A stretch of DNA of 64,000 nucleotides from a bacterium (GTDB lineage: Bacteria > SAR324 > NAC60-12): NCBI GenBank assembly GCA_965205865.1, contig CBDBHR010000030.1, forward strand, positions 960,001 to 1,024,000, in the 5' to 3' direction. This document shows positions 20,041 through 29,840 of the stretch, in pieces (positions within the stretch are counted from its first letter, which is position 1; each line of letters opens with the position of its first letter). Both the position numbers and the translations under genes were made by a program. Below the pieces are notes generated by a model. The model did no database searches, was not told the origin of the DNA, and saw nothing but the letters and a program-made list of their open reading frames with translations.

Positions 20041-21094
20041 GGCTCTGTTTGCGTTTAGCATTGGTCACCCCAAAGCACAGTTGAGATAGGTCACCGGTGC
20101 GATTGAATTTCCCTGTTTTTCAAGGCATCGCCTCCATCCCAAGTAATTCGGGAGGTATTTTGTTGCAACCCCATTGAATCGACGCATCCAGCCTTTTAAA
20201 CGGCTGTCATATGCGTTGACATTTTGAATGTGATAGACCTTGTTAATGACCCTGCTCTCATTGGAGGCGATCAGCCGGACATGCGCGATGTTCTCAGTGT
20301 CCGCGAATGCCCAATAAGATTTGTTCCCGTCCGTGCAAAGGACCGCATCCTGTGCCAAGACAGGCTTGAGCACTTTGGTGATCGAGACTTCGCTGAGGTC
20401 TTTCAGCACTTCGTCTGTCATCTCTCTGTGGCGGTCCCTTACGATCAGAACCGGGATTTGCTCCGCAGACAACCCCCGCTTCGTGGCTTTGCTGCCTCTT
20501 TTGCGAGCTGTGCGCCCCAGGTTCCGCGAACCTTTGAACGACTCCAGGAAGAAGGTCTCGTCGGCCTCGACTATCCCCTTGAGGCTGCTGTCCTTCTTGT
20601 CCCTCAACCCATGCAGGAAACGGTGACGCCACCGGAAACTGGTGGTGTTGTCGATCCCGCATTTTCTGGCCGCCTTGCGGACACTCAGGCCGTCAATCAT
20701 CGCCTTGGAATACTCCAGCCACTTCTCCTTTTTCCGCAGGCGCGCCAAGGGAGTCCCAGTGGCTGCGTTGAAGGTCTTCAGGCAGCTTTTACAACGGTAG
20801 CGTTGCATCCCATTTGATATTCCCCACCTTTGAAATTGAACATGCTTGCAATGAGGACAGTGCCCGCCACCGCTGATGCGCTTCTCAAGTGTCTCTGCGA
20901 CTGCCTCGCCTTCATCCTTGACTCGCAAAACATCGGACAGCTTCCTTTTTTGTGCCGGACTCAACCCCTCAAGACGTGAAAGATATTGTTTGAATTCTGT
21001 ATGATCCATCTCCTTCTCCTATAAAAAATTTAGCGGTTCAGGAGACAGTATGACAGATGCAAAAAATTTATCAATATTTATCACAAACAGAGCC
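20041..21094 (-). mobile_element. IS1595-family element
   Basis: TIR GGCTCTGTTTG / CAAACAGAGCC; 8-bp TSD ATAATGAT at 20033-20040 and 21095-21102. Confidence 0.93.
20065..21009 (-). CDS. IS1595-family transposase
   Basis: CPHC..CKSC zinc ribbon, HTH, VEADETF, LCTDG, YHIQNVNAYDSRLK. Confidence 0.92.
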   Translation of the reverse strand: MDHTEFKQYLSRLEGLSPAQKRKLSDVLRVKDEGEAVAETLEKRISGGGHCPHCKHVQFQRWGISNGMQRYRCKSCLKTFNAATGTPLARLRKKEKWLEYSKAMIDGLSVRKAARKCGIDNTTSFRWRHRFLHGLRDKKDSSLKGIVEADETFFLESFKGSRNLGRTARKRGSKATKRGLSAEQIPVLIVRDRHREMTDEVLKDLSEVSITKVLKPVLAQDAVLCTDGNKSYWAFADTENIAHVRLIASNESRVINKVYHIQNVNAYDSRLKGWMRRFNGVATKYLPNYLGWRRCLEKQGNSIAPVTYLNCALG

Positions 21095-22327
21095 ATAATG
21101 ATTGGAAAGCCTGGGTAGGGACCGGACCCTTCATGATGGTCGAGCATGTCCCGGACAGCCGCTTGGTCTACCAAAAGAATCCGGACTATTTCGCCTTTGA
21201 TGAAAAGTATCCGGAGAACAAACTTCCCTATGTGGATGAAGTCGTTCAGGTAATCATACCGGACTCTGCCACCCAAAAAGCAGCGCTCCGCTCTGGGCAG
21301 TTGGACGTGCAAGCTGACGGTGTCTCCGGTACCGACCAGTAAAGTCTGCGTCAATCGAATCCTGAACTAAGTATCTATTCAGGCACCAATTTATGCGAGT
21401 GTTTCGGTCTGCGATTGGATTTCGAGTGGCAAGGACGCTTCCCCTTCCAAGACAAACGGGTGCGCCATGCCATGCAAGCAGCCGTTGACCCAGAGGCGAT
21501 CAATGACGCCGTTTACGGTGGCCTTGGAGACACGACACCCCACGGCCAACTCAACCGCAACATGACCGGGTACAATTACCCCTACGATGAGTGGCCCCAA
21601 GAGCTGAAGGACCAGTATGCCTATAACCCGGAGCGGGCCAAGCGCCTGCTGCAGGAAGCCGGCTACCCCGATGGTTTTGAGGTGACGCTGGATATGACGT
21701 CTTCGGACGTCAGCACAATCGGCAATGCGGAGCTGGCTCAGGTCGTCAAAGCCTACTTGAGTGAGATTGGGATTGACATGAAGCTCAATCCGCTGGATAT
21801 AGCTGCTTTTGTTGCTCGCAGGACCAGTCAGACGATGAGCCCGATGACCTTTCAAGGGTATAGCTACACCTGGGCACCTTTATCGCTCATCGGTAATCAG
21901 CACTATGAAGGCATTAGTGATTGGCGAGTTACTTTTGCGGGTGCGCCTCAAAATTGGAGCGGAAGGGACCTGTACCCGGATTATCATGACCTTGTTGATA
22001 AAGTCGCAGCGTCCACGACATTAGAAGAGGCAAAAACAGGGAGCAGGATGGCAGATGAGTATGGCATTAGAGAGAACTGGTATCTCTGGCTTCCCCTGGC
22101 TCCGGAATTTGTCATTGCTCAGCCCTGGGTCAAAGGCTATAACGGAGAGACCAACCTCGGTGGGGGAACCTTCGGTCACGTTTTCACTCGACTTTGGATC
22201 GACAAGAACTGACTCAATGATGTTTTAGGCTGCAGGCGGCTCTTCTGGGTGATCATCCGGAAGCGCCGCTTCCTGACCCGCCTGCTCTCCCTCCGGAGGG
22301 GACGGCATTGCACCCCTTGGAAATATA

Positions 22328-23308
22328 ATGCGTACCTATATCATCCGACGAATATTGCTCACGATCCCCACCTTGTTGATGGTGACAATGCTCGTCTTTT
22401 CCAGCATCCATTTCATTCCCGGCGATATCCTCGAGCTGTTGATGAGTTCGTCAGTTTCACAGGCCAGCGGCGCTGAAAGTTCTACGGGCGGAGTGACACG
22501 GGAGTGGCTGAAAAAGAAGATCGGGTTGGATGTCCCCATCCATATTCAGTATGGCCGATGGTTGGGGAACATTCTGCTGCATGGCGACATGGGCACCACC
22601 CTGACAACGGATGAGCCGGTGTGGGAAACCTTCGTCCGTCCGAGAATTCCGGTATCCCTGGAACTGGGCCTCATGGCCCTGTTGATCCTCTTGCTCCTGG
22701 CGATCCCTATCGGCACCTATTCCGCGATACGGCAGAACACGCTGGGGGACTATGTGGGGCGCGGTCTGTCCATTCTCATGCTCTCCATCCCTGAATTCTG
22801 GATAGCGACTATCGTCCTGGTCTTTCCATCCATCTATTTTGGCTGGTCGCCCCCCATCAAATATGTTTCCTTGATGGAAAACCCACGGGAAAACCTGATC
22901 ATGGTCCTCATCCCTGCTGCCATTCTCGGGACAGTGCATTCCGGTCCCCTGATGCGCCTGGTACGTACTCAAATGCTGGAGGTGCTCCGGCAGGACTATG
23001 TGCGGACAGCCTGGTCGAAGGGCTTGAAAGAGCGGGTCGTGATTCTGAGGCATGTCTTGAAGAATGCGATGATTCCGATCATCACTCTCATCGGGCTGCA
23101 AATTCCTTTGTTAATCGGGGGGGCTGTCATTTTGGAACAGATGTTCTTGCTCCCGGGACTGGGCCGTCTCATCGTACAATCGCTCCTGGGACGAGATTAT
23201 GCCATTGTCGCCGGCGCCGGCCTGGTGGTGGCGACGCTGGTCGTGTTTATCAACCTGGCGGTCGATCTGGCCTATGGCTTTCTCGATCCTAGAATCCGGT
23301 ATGGGTGA
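22328..23308 (+). CDS. DppB/OppB-type ABC permease
   Basis: IPGD N-terminal motif, RTQMLEVLRQDYVRTAWSKGL, LDPRIRY. Confidence 0.9.
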   Translation: MRTYIIRRILLTIPTLLMVTMLVFSSIHFIPGDILELLMSSSVSQASGAESSTGGVTREWLKKKIGLDVPIHIQYGRWLGNILLHGDMGTTLTTDEPVWETFVRPRIPVSLELGLMALLILLLLAIPIGTYSAIRQNTLGDYVGRGLSILMLSIPEFWIATIVLVFPSIYFGWSPPIKYVSLMENPRENLIMVLIPAAILGTVHSGPLMRLVRTQMLEVLRQDYVRTAWSKGLKERVVILRHVLKNAMIPIITLIGLQIPLLIGGAVILEQMFLLPGLGRLIVQSLLGRDYAIVAGAGLVVATLVVFINLAVDLAYGFLDPRIRYG

Positions 23309-23311
23309 CAA

Positions 23312-24286
23312 ATGACAGAACCAAAAACAGGGATGCCGCGTCGGCGGACCGCTGCCAGACGATCTCCCCTGGCAAATTTCTTTTATCGGCTGGTCAAGGA
23401 GCAGCCCCTGGGATTGATCGGGGGATTGATTGTGCTGGTCCTGCTCTTGGTGGGGATCTTTGCCGATCAATTGGCGCAGTATGGAGAAAATGAAATCAAT
23501 CTGCGTGCCCGTTTGCAGCTGCCCCATGCCGAGCATTGGCTGGGGACCGATAATTTAGGACGAGACCTCTACACTCGCATTGTCTATGGGGCGCGCGTCT
23601 CGCTGGTAATCGGGTTATCGGCCACGGCAGTTTCCCTGTTGGTCACCTTAGTGATCGGCGGACTGAGCGGCTATATCGGAGGGAAAACGGACTTGATCGT
23701 GCAGCGCTTTGTGGACGCCTGGGTGGCTTTCCCGGGGTTGCTCATTCTGTTGACGGCGATGTCCATGCTCGGCAACGGGCAGTTGCAGATCATTATTGTC
23801 GTGGGGATCACTTTTGGCATCGGGGGCTCCCGCATTGTGCGCAGTACGGTGATTGGTTTGAAGGAGAACACCTACCTCGAGGCCGCCCGGGCCATCGGCA
23901 CGCCGCTCCCCCGCATCTTACTCCGGCACATCTTGCCCAATATTCTGCCCCCCTTGATTGTCATATACACCTTGACGCTCGGCGGGGTGATCCTGACCGA
24001 AGCGGCGCTCAGTTTTCTCGGATTCGGACTGCCTCCCGATCAAGCCAGCTGGGGCGGGATGCTCAGCAACGAAGGGCGGCAGTATATGGAATTGGCCCCG
24101 CACTTGGCCCTCTGGCCCGGCCTCAGCCTGGTCATTGTCGTTTTCGGAGTCAACCTGTTCGGCGATGCCTTGCGCGACCTGCTCGACCCCCGCCTGCGAG
24201 GCGGCGCGGGTCGTTACGGAGGCGGGTCGAAAGTCATCCGGAAACGCAGTCTCTTGACTCGCCTCATTTTTCCGTATAAGAAATAA
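23312..24286 (+). CDS. DppC/OppC-type ABC permease
   Basis: HWLGTDNLGRD, EAARAIG, LSFLGFG, GDALRDLLDPR. Confidence 0.9.
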   Translation: MTEPKTGMPRRRTAARRSPLANFFYRLVKEQPLGLIGGLIVLVLLLVGIFADQLAQYGENEINLRARLQLPHAEHWLGTDNLGRDLYTRIVYGARVSLVIGLSATAVSLLVTLVIGGLSGYIGGKTDLIVQRFVDAWVAFPGLLILLTAMSMLGNGQLQIIIVVGITFGIGGSRIVRSTVIGLKENTYLEAARAIGTPLPRILLRHILPNILPPLIVIYTLTLGGVILTEAALSFLGFGLPPDQASWGGMLSNEGRQYMELAPHLALWPGLSLVIVVFGVNLFGDALRDLLDPRLRGGAGRYGGGSKVIRKRSLLTRLIFPYKK

Positions 24287-24426
24287 GGGTCCGCTGTTAA
24301 GGTGTATACGACCTGAAGCACTTAATAGGGGCAGGTCAGTACCACTGGCTATCAGTCCAAATAAAAGGTGTACAATTCTCTGATGGAATCGAGGTGATTC
24401 CTGAAATCCGGATTGCCGCTTGATTT

Positions 24427-24528
24427 TTAACTCAAACACCACTTTTGACAATAACTCCCGGTTTTTGCTCTTTCCAAATTGCTTTTAGCCCGTTTTAACC
24501 ATTGCTTAACGACTGTGGCTTCTGTCAT
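24427..24528 (-). pseudogene. HEPN-domain toxin N-terminal remnant
   Basis: MTEATVVKQWLKRAKSNLERAKTG overlapping the MNT gene end, then a premature stop. Confidence 0.55.
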
Positions 24529-25049
24529 AGATTGCTAATCCGTGTTGGGCGATTTGTGAATAAATTAGTGCTTGGCAGAAAAATACTCAAATTGCTGATA
24601 TTAAATGACATTTCTTCAATTTCATAGGATGAAGATTTGTTTGATACAGTGTTCAGATGGCCAAAATCAGCAAAAAATGAGATATTTGATGAGTTTCCCA
24701 AAATCTTCGTTTCTTGAAAATAGGTGAATACCATTAAATATCATGTAGTTATCTAGTTTTCGGCCAAGCACTAAATTAGATGAGGATTTTCCTTCAAATC
24801 ATCAAAATTGGATGAAGTTTCTACAATTACATCAACAGAAACCCCACAGCCATATAATGCTTTATAAATGGTTTGGCTCAACCTACGCCTATTCTCAACA
24901 TTCTGTTTGAGTACGCATAAGTCATAATCACTATCAGGCGAGGTCTTTCCATTCACCTGCGAACCAAATAGAATAATTTGTTCTGGCTCTGTAATTGTTC
25001 GGATTCTTTCAACCAGGTCGGATAATATTTTTTCCTTTGTAGTTTTCAT
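24506..25049 (-). pseudogene. MNT nucleotidyltransferase (antitoxin), interrupted by a MITE
   Basis: LFGS..DSDYDL motif; removing 24566-24773 plus one AAT restores ..ENPHLIYSQIAQHGLAIYDRSHSR*. Confidence 0.8.
24566..24773. mobile_element. 208-bp MITE
   Basis: TIR TAGTGCTTGGC(A/C)GAAAA, 3-bp TSD AAT at 24563-24565 and 24774-24776. Confidence 0.85.
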
Positions 25050-25267
25050 AGTAGACACCGCTTTAATGAGAATCAAATCTTATGTTTCCTCTATTATTGC
25101 ACATAGTTCGGACTATCTGAAACTATAAATTTCGTAAGCGTTCAGGGGGGAGAATGAACTTTAGTGAACTGATATTTAAGACTATTTCAACATAACGTTT
25201 TATTATATGAACAATCACCGTAGAGCGTTGAATAATCGTACGATTCAATAACTCTGAGACAAACCGA

Positions 25268-25867
25268 CTATAGGCAGGCAGAGACTGGAGCAAATCTGAA
25301 TAATACCTTACAATTGTAATCATTCAGCGTATCCACAATGTCAGGATCATCAAAATCTCTAGAATTTTTGTTGAGAAAGCAGGATATTTCTTTTGATTTT
25401 GAAACAGTCAGATGCTGAAAAACAGAAGCATAAATGATGGAATCTTGTGGAGCAAGCTTGAGGGTTTCCCGGAATTTGGCTGAGAATGTGAGTATCTCTG
25501 CTTCTAAAGGAATAATTTCAGCTACTTTTAGAATTCTGTTAAGAGTCTGTTGTAATTTCTGTTCTTCTTCCTCACCACTTCGAACCAAAAGCCCCGTGAC
25601 ATTTTGCAAAGCATTAATTTCCTCACTATCCTTATACGGCGTTGAGCGTGATAGTTGCTTAAGTTCATCTGCTACATCTTTAGCTAATTTCGACCTATGT
25701 TTTGCTCGCCTCACTAATGTCTCATAAGGCTCTGCGACACAAAAAGCAGGTAATACCAAATTGATTGTACCCGTTTCACAGAGTGAGAGGATTTTTTCAC
25801 AACTCTCATGCTGCTCTTGCATAAGAGCTAATTCCAATACAAAATTGGATTCAATATACACTTTCAT
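25268..25867 (-). CDS. PIN-domain protein (DUF4935-like)
   Basis: VYIESNFV N-terminal strand, acidic residues in AEP, QDSII and NSRDF. Confidence 0.7.
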   Translation of the reverse strand: MKVYIESNFVLELALMQEQHESCEKILSLCETGTINLVLPAFCVAEPYETLVRRAKHRSKLAKDVADELKQLSRSTPYKDSEEINALQNVTGLLVRSGEEEEQKLQQTLNRILKVAEIIPLEAEILTFSAKFRETLKLAPQDSIIYASVFQHLTVSKSKEISCFLNKNSRDFDDPDIVDTLNDYNCKVLFRFAPVSACL

Positions 25868-26322
25868 GCTGGAATCCCAAGATCTATATATCCTCTCTGA
25901 ATCACATCAAATAATCCTGATTCAAACAACCATTTTTGATTTGCTTGTAAGGGTTTTGCCTGCTCATGGGTTCCTAAAATCTCACTCAGCCAGGACGTAA
26001 TAATTAGCTCAAGACTTTTTTCACTTACAGTCTCTGGCGATAGACCCGATTTCTCATAGTACGGCTGCAAGAATGATCTTGGATCAATATCATAGCTTGG
26101 CTCTATAACTTCTGGCTTGATTCCGGCTTCATTCCACAGGTAAAAATGATCAGGGAGAGCTAACAGAAAGAAGGGAGCACTCGAAAGTAGTCCATGCGCA
26201 AGAATATTTCGGCGCATTCTTCCTGCCCATTGAGGAGAAGTACCTAATTTCCTCTTAAGCTCTACGACAAGTGCTACCTGTCCATTTGCGTCGTGAACTA
26301 CAATATCCGATATATTATTCAT
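25864..26322 (-). CDS. Hypothetical protein with PD-(D/E)XK-like motif
   Basis: SDIVV..LVVELK; ATGA overlap with the PIN gene. Confidence 0.6.
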   Translation of the reverse strand: MNNISDIVVHDANGQVALVVELKRKLGTSPQWAGRMRRNILAHGLLSSAPFFLLALPDHFYLWNEAGIKPEVIEPSYDIDPRSFLQPYYEKSGLSPETVSEKSLELIITSWLSEILGTHEQAKPLQANQKWLFESGLFDVIQRGYIDLGIPA

Positions 26323-26957
26323 AATTATTATAAATTATTAGAAGTTTCGAACAGGTTTATTTAGTGACTCCTCAACTCAAAAAGTCCTTTATTATAGTTT
26401 CAAATCATAGCGTTTAATTGGGAGAATAACCAGATGTTTTCTCTTGCTATCTTAGTGAAATGCCGACGCGGTAGGAATGTCAGTTACCCGGCACCCCCCG
26501 CACAGATCCCCGCATGAAGTTTTCCCTCACGGGGCTCCTCGGTTGTACTCGCTTCCGCTCAGCGTCTTTCTAAAACAACAGTATGCGGATGTTTCTTTTC
26601 CGTGATCCTCGGCATTACCATGTTCATATAACGGATGCTCTTTTGTTGACTTCGGCATTCGTTAACACCCTCGCCGGCCACGACTACTTGTTTCAAGGCT
26701 GTATCAACTTTCAGGAGGCGACTCTCCCTACGGCCTGCAAGATTCTCTGTGTACGCTTCGTGTATCTTGTTCGGATATCCGGTGCCTCTTATGGTGGATT
26801 GTCGATTGAGCCGACTCCCAATGTCCTTTGAGTATCCGGGTGATACCCACAAGATTTCCCGGTAGAGCCTCCACCATACACGCAACAATCGATATGGGTG
26901 ACTGGCTAGGTCTTACCCGATGGGGACTTGCACCCCGCAAGATGCGCCAAGCTTAGC

Positions 26958-28795
26958 TGGATCCTAGCCGAAAAGGTATTTTTTAGAATTATATCTTTAA
27001 CTTGAGGTTAAAAAGTGCCATAATTCATTGAAATAACTGTGAATAACTTCAATATTAAGAATTATGGCACCCAAAATGAAACCATTCATTCGAGCAGAAA
27101 AACATCTTTTTTTAAGCGCTCCTGATACAGAATTTGAAAATTTCTTATCAGAACTTGATCAATTGTCTGAGCGAGAGCCGGAGATATTGGACAAAATTGA
27201 ACAGGATTTGGAGAAATACGCAAGAAATAAAAAGAAAGAGCGTTTAGAGGATAAACGATGGCAGGAAGCCCGGAATCCATGGCTTCCTCATCTTCCCGTA
27301 GAAGATGAGGAATTGAAGCCGGAAGAACTGAGGCTGGAAATAGGGTGTCCTCGGATGTCGGCTTTTTTAGTCTACCTTTTTATGATGATTCGGGGATACT
27401 TAGGAAGTATCAAATCCCAAACGGCCCAAATATTTCTTTCAGAGTCAATCACACTGCATCTGCTTCTGCTCAACCGTGGATTGAAAATGCCGGGAGCGAG
27501 TACAATCCTTGATAATGTCAATGCTGTCAGCAACGAGACCAGACAGTTTATTTTCGATGCTCAAATTCGAATGGTTCTCAATGAAGAGTTGGACGATTTT
27601 GATATTTTAAAACTGGATAGCACCTCTGTAAAAGGAAATACAGCTTGGCCTACTGATTCGTCGATATTGACTCGTCTCGTGGAGCGAAGCTACCATCGAG
27701 GGCGTTCCCTTGATACATTTGGAATCGCTAAGATCAGTGAAAGAAATTTTGATTTCCTCATCAAGGAGATGAATAAGCTCTCTAAGATGATTGCTTTTGA
27801 GACAGGTAAAAAGGACAGTAAAACGAAGCGAAAAAAACATTACAAAACCCTATTGAAGAAAGCTCAAAGCGCTCATGGGAAATTTTTAAAAGAAATGGCA
27901 AAGGTGGATATCCGTGCCCAAAAAGCTCTTCTCCCCCCTTCTCGGAAAACGCGTTTGATTCGCCTCATTGAAATGATGAATGAAGATATTTCTAATTTGC
28001 AACGGGTAATCATCTACTGTCATCAAAGAGTTTTTGAAGAAAAGAAGGTTCCTTCTACTGAGAAAGTATTGAGTCTTTCCGATCAGAGTTCGGCTTATAT
28101 TCAAAAGGGAGATCGAGAAGCGCTTATCGGATATAAGCCTCAATTAGGAAGGAGCGGAAATGGTTTTATTTCCGTGTTAATTACTCCGGAGGGCAATGCT
28201 GCTGATTCAGGGCAACTCGACCCTGCCCTTGTTGAACATTTGAGATGCACCATCACCATTCCCTCTGAAGTGAGCCTTGATGATGGATATGCCAATCAGG
28301 CGATCAGAGAAAAGTGGATGGGCAAAGGCGTTAAGGTTTTTAGTATTAGTGGGGCAAAGGGAAAAAAGATGACCCCGATTGAAGAATGGGAAAGTGAAAT
28401 CTATTTGGAATCACGAAATGGAAGATCTGCTGCAGAGTCGTTGATGTTTCATCTTAAGCATCGTTTCCATTTCGGACAAGTTATGCGCAGAGGGATTGAA
28501 AACGTTCGGGCAGAGTTGCTGGAAAAAGCATTAACCTATAATTTTTGCAAAATGATTGAGTTGAAAAAAAGACAACTCAAACAAGCGGCCTGAATATTCA
28601 ATGGGGGAGTGTGAAATATGAGCAGGGGCGAGGAAAGTATGTCCAAAAAAGATTTTTTCCCTATAAAAACTGTGCTGTGGGCGAATAAAAAACAAAAATA
28701 AATCGTTTTCTCGTCATATTGAATCAAATAGAGAATCAAATAGAATCCAATCGGTTATATTTACTATTTTCGAAACCCTTTTCGGCTAGGGTCTA
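26958..28795 (+). mobile_element. IS (IS5/ISNCY-like DDE), copy 2, intact
   Basis: TIRs TGGATCCTAGCCGAAAAGG / CCTTTTCGGCTAGGGTCTA; flanked by GC/GC. Confidence 0.9.
27064..28593 (+). CDS. DDE transposase (IS5/ISNCY-like)
   Basis: LDSTSVKGNTAWPTDSSIL, SLDDGY, RSAAESLMFHLK. Confidence 0.85.
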   Translation: MAPKMKPFIRAEKHLFLSAPDTEFENFLSELDQLSEREPEILDKIEQDLEKYARNKKKERLEDKRWQEARNPWLPHLPVEDEELKPEELRLEIGCPRMSAFLVYLFMMIRGYLGSIKSQTAQIFLSESITLHLLLLNRGLKMPGASTILDNVNAVSNETRQFIFDAQIRMVLNEELDDFDILKLDSTSVKGNTAWPTDSSILTRLVERSYHRGRSLDTFGIAKISERNFDFLIKEMNKLSKMIAFETGKKDSKTKRKKHYKTLLKKAQSAHGKFLKEMAKVDIRAQKALLPPSRKTRLIRLIEMMNEDISNLQRVIIYCHQRVFEEKKVPSTEKVLSLSDQSSAYIQKGDREALIGYKPQLGRSGNGFISVLITPEGNAADSGQLDPALVEHLRCTITIPSEVSLDDGYANQAIREKWMGKGVKVFSISGAKGKKMTPIEEWESEIYLESRNGRSAAESLMFHLKHRFHFGQVMRRGIENVRAELLEKALTYNFCKMIELKKRQLKQAA

Positions 28796-28806
28796 GCTTG
28801 GCGAGC

Positions 28807-28899
28807 TAACGCAAAGGTCACTTGCACCCACCCGATAATGACCACTGGAACAGAGATGAACTGACAGTCTGCCACAAAACTTCAAATCGGGGTCAGGCC
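28807..28899 (-). other. attC recombination site remnant (top strand = minus)
   Basis: Right half GCAAGTGACCTTTGCGTTA(GGC) fits the L'-R' pattern; CCCGAT/ATCGGG arms; R'' half lost at the plus-strand intron. Confidence 0.65.
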
Positions 28900-29470
28900 G
28901 TGCGCCAGGAAAGCTGGCAAGAAATAGAGAGTGAAAGTCTCTTACTCGGTAAGGCAGTAACGAGCCGCCGAGTCCCCGAGTCATGAGTGGTTATTCGCAA
29001 GGATAGGCGCTAAGCGTTGACAGGGGAGAACATAGGCTCGGTATTGAGCTCCGAAATCATAGTCTCAGGCGCTGACCTTGTGGTCTGGTGGGGAAGGCAA
29101 TATCAACCGAAGGCCTTAGCGTGAGTCTCGGCTGAGCCTGGCGGAGTCAAAGACCCGGTGCATGTGTGGAAGTTTCTTGATCGGAACCTGGGAGATCCTG
29201 AAGACGACTGTCAACATTCTATTGGTAGTCGGATCGGGAAAATTAATAAATAACCCCGATATCTACGTCTTCAGGAAGTCGGACAAGTTCGTAGTAGCGA
29301 TGAAGCGGCGAACAATGAGATCATTTGTAGAGAGTAACAATGCAAAGGAAATCAACGGAGCCTGTGGAGCAAAGGGACTTGGCTGAGAGGAATTCTGCTT
29401 GTCCTCCTGTGTTCGGAACTCAGAGGCCGGTAAAATCAGAGAGCGGTTTAAGCAGGGTGCGCCAAACGGC
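28900..29470 (+). ncRNA. Group II intron 5' fragment (DI-DIII and start of IEP), truncated
   Basis: GTGCG 5' end; GAAAGTC, GGGAAGGCAA, GGAACCTGGGAGATC, GAAGTCGGA..GTAGTAGCGATGAAG, GGAGCAAAGGGAC; SGLSRVRQ resembles an IEP N-terminus; no RT or DV follows. Confidence 0.8.
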
Positions 29471-29840
29471 ATTGATCCAAGTCCATTTAGCCGACAGTCT
29501 TAAAAAGCAGGACGTCATCACAAAGCGCTGATGGTTTTGGAAACTTTGGTCTTGGAGAGCCGGGAAGAATTGGCAGAAAAAATTCCTCAATGGAAAGACA
29601 CTCCGGAGAGTTTGGATTCTCCGGAGTCCGAAAAGAGGCATTTGAGAGAAAGGTTTGCAAGAAGGTCGAGAAGAAGGTCTGGAGAAAGGTCTGGAAAAAT
29701 GAAAACTGATTGGTTAAATCCACATGACTCAAAACCCTCTCAAACAAGAGAGGACTCCTCGAGAAGAGTTGATTCGAAAAAGTAAAGAAGAGTTACAAAG
29801 CCTGCTTCAACAGCTTCAATCTCAACTCAATCGCTCCTAA
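29471..29840 (+). pseudogene. Degenerate C-terminal part of an Rpn/PDDEXK_2-like protein
   Basis: LIQVH.. then, after frameshifts and stops, EKGLQEGREEGLEKGLEK..TPREELIRKSKEELQSLLQQLQSQL. Confidence 0.5.

Larger units (their letters stand above)
19537..22212 (+). pseudogene. ABC family-5 substrate-binding protein, multiply inactivated
   Basis: 5' end cut at the IS end; frameshift near 19708; IS1595 at 20041-21094; in-frame TAA at 21340; homologous to 31094-32923 (GDW..R, GTGPF, QPWVKG, LWID). Confidence 0.85.
26465..28806 (-). ncRNA. Group II intron remnant (internally deleted, IS-interrupted), inserted in an attC core
   Basis: Minus strand has DV GAGCCCCGTGAGGGAAAACTTCATGCGGGGATC and DVI ending CTACCGCGTC; 5' end GCTCGCCAAGCTAAGCTTGGCGC (GTGCG variant) after IS removal; exons join to GTTA/GGC. 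Confidence 0.8.

Noticed and set aside
29340-29785. Intact reverse transcriptase (retron, DGR or intron IEP)
   Set aside because: No YADD/RT motifs; the intron ORF breaks after about 10 codons into an unrelated degenerate gene
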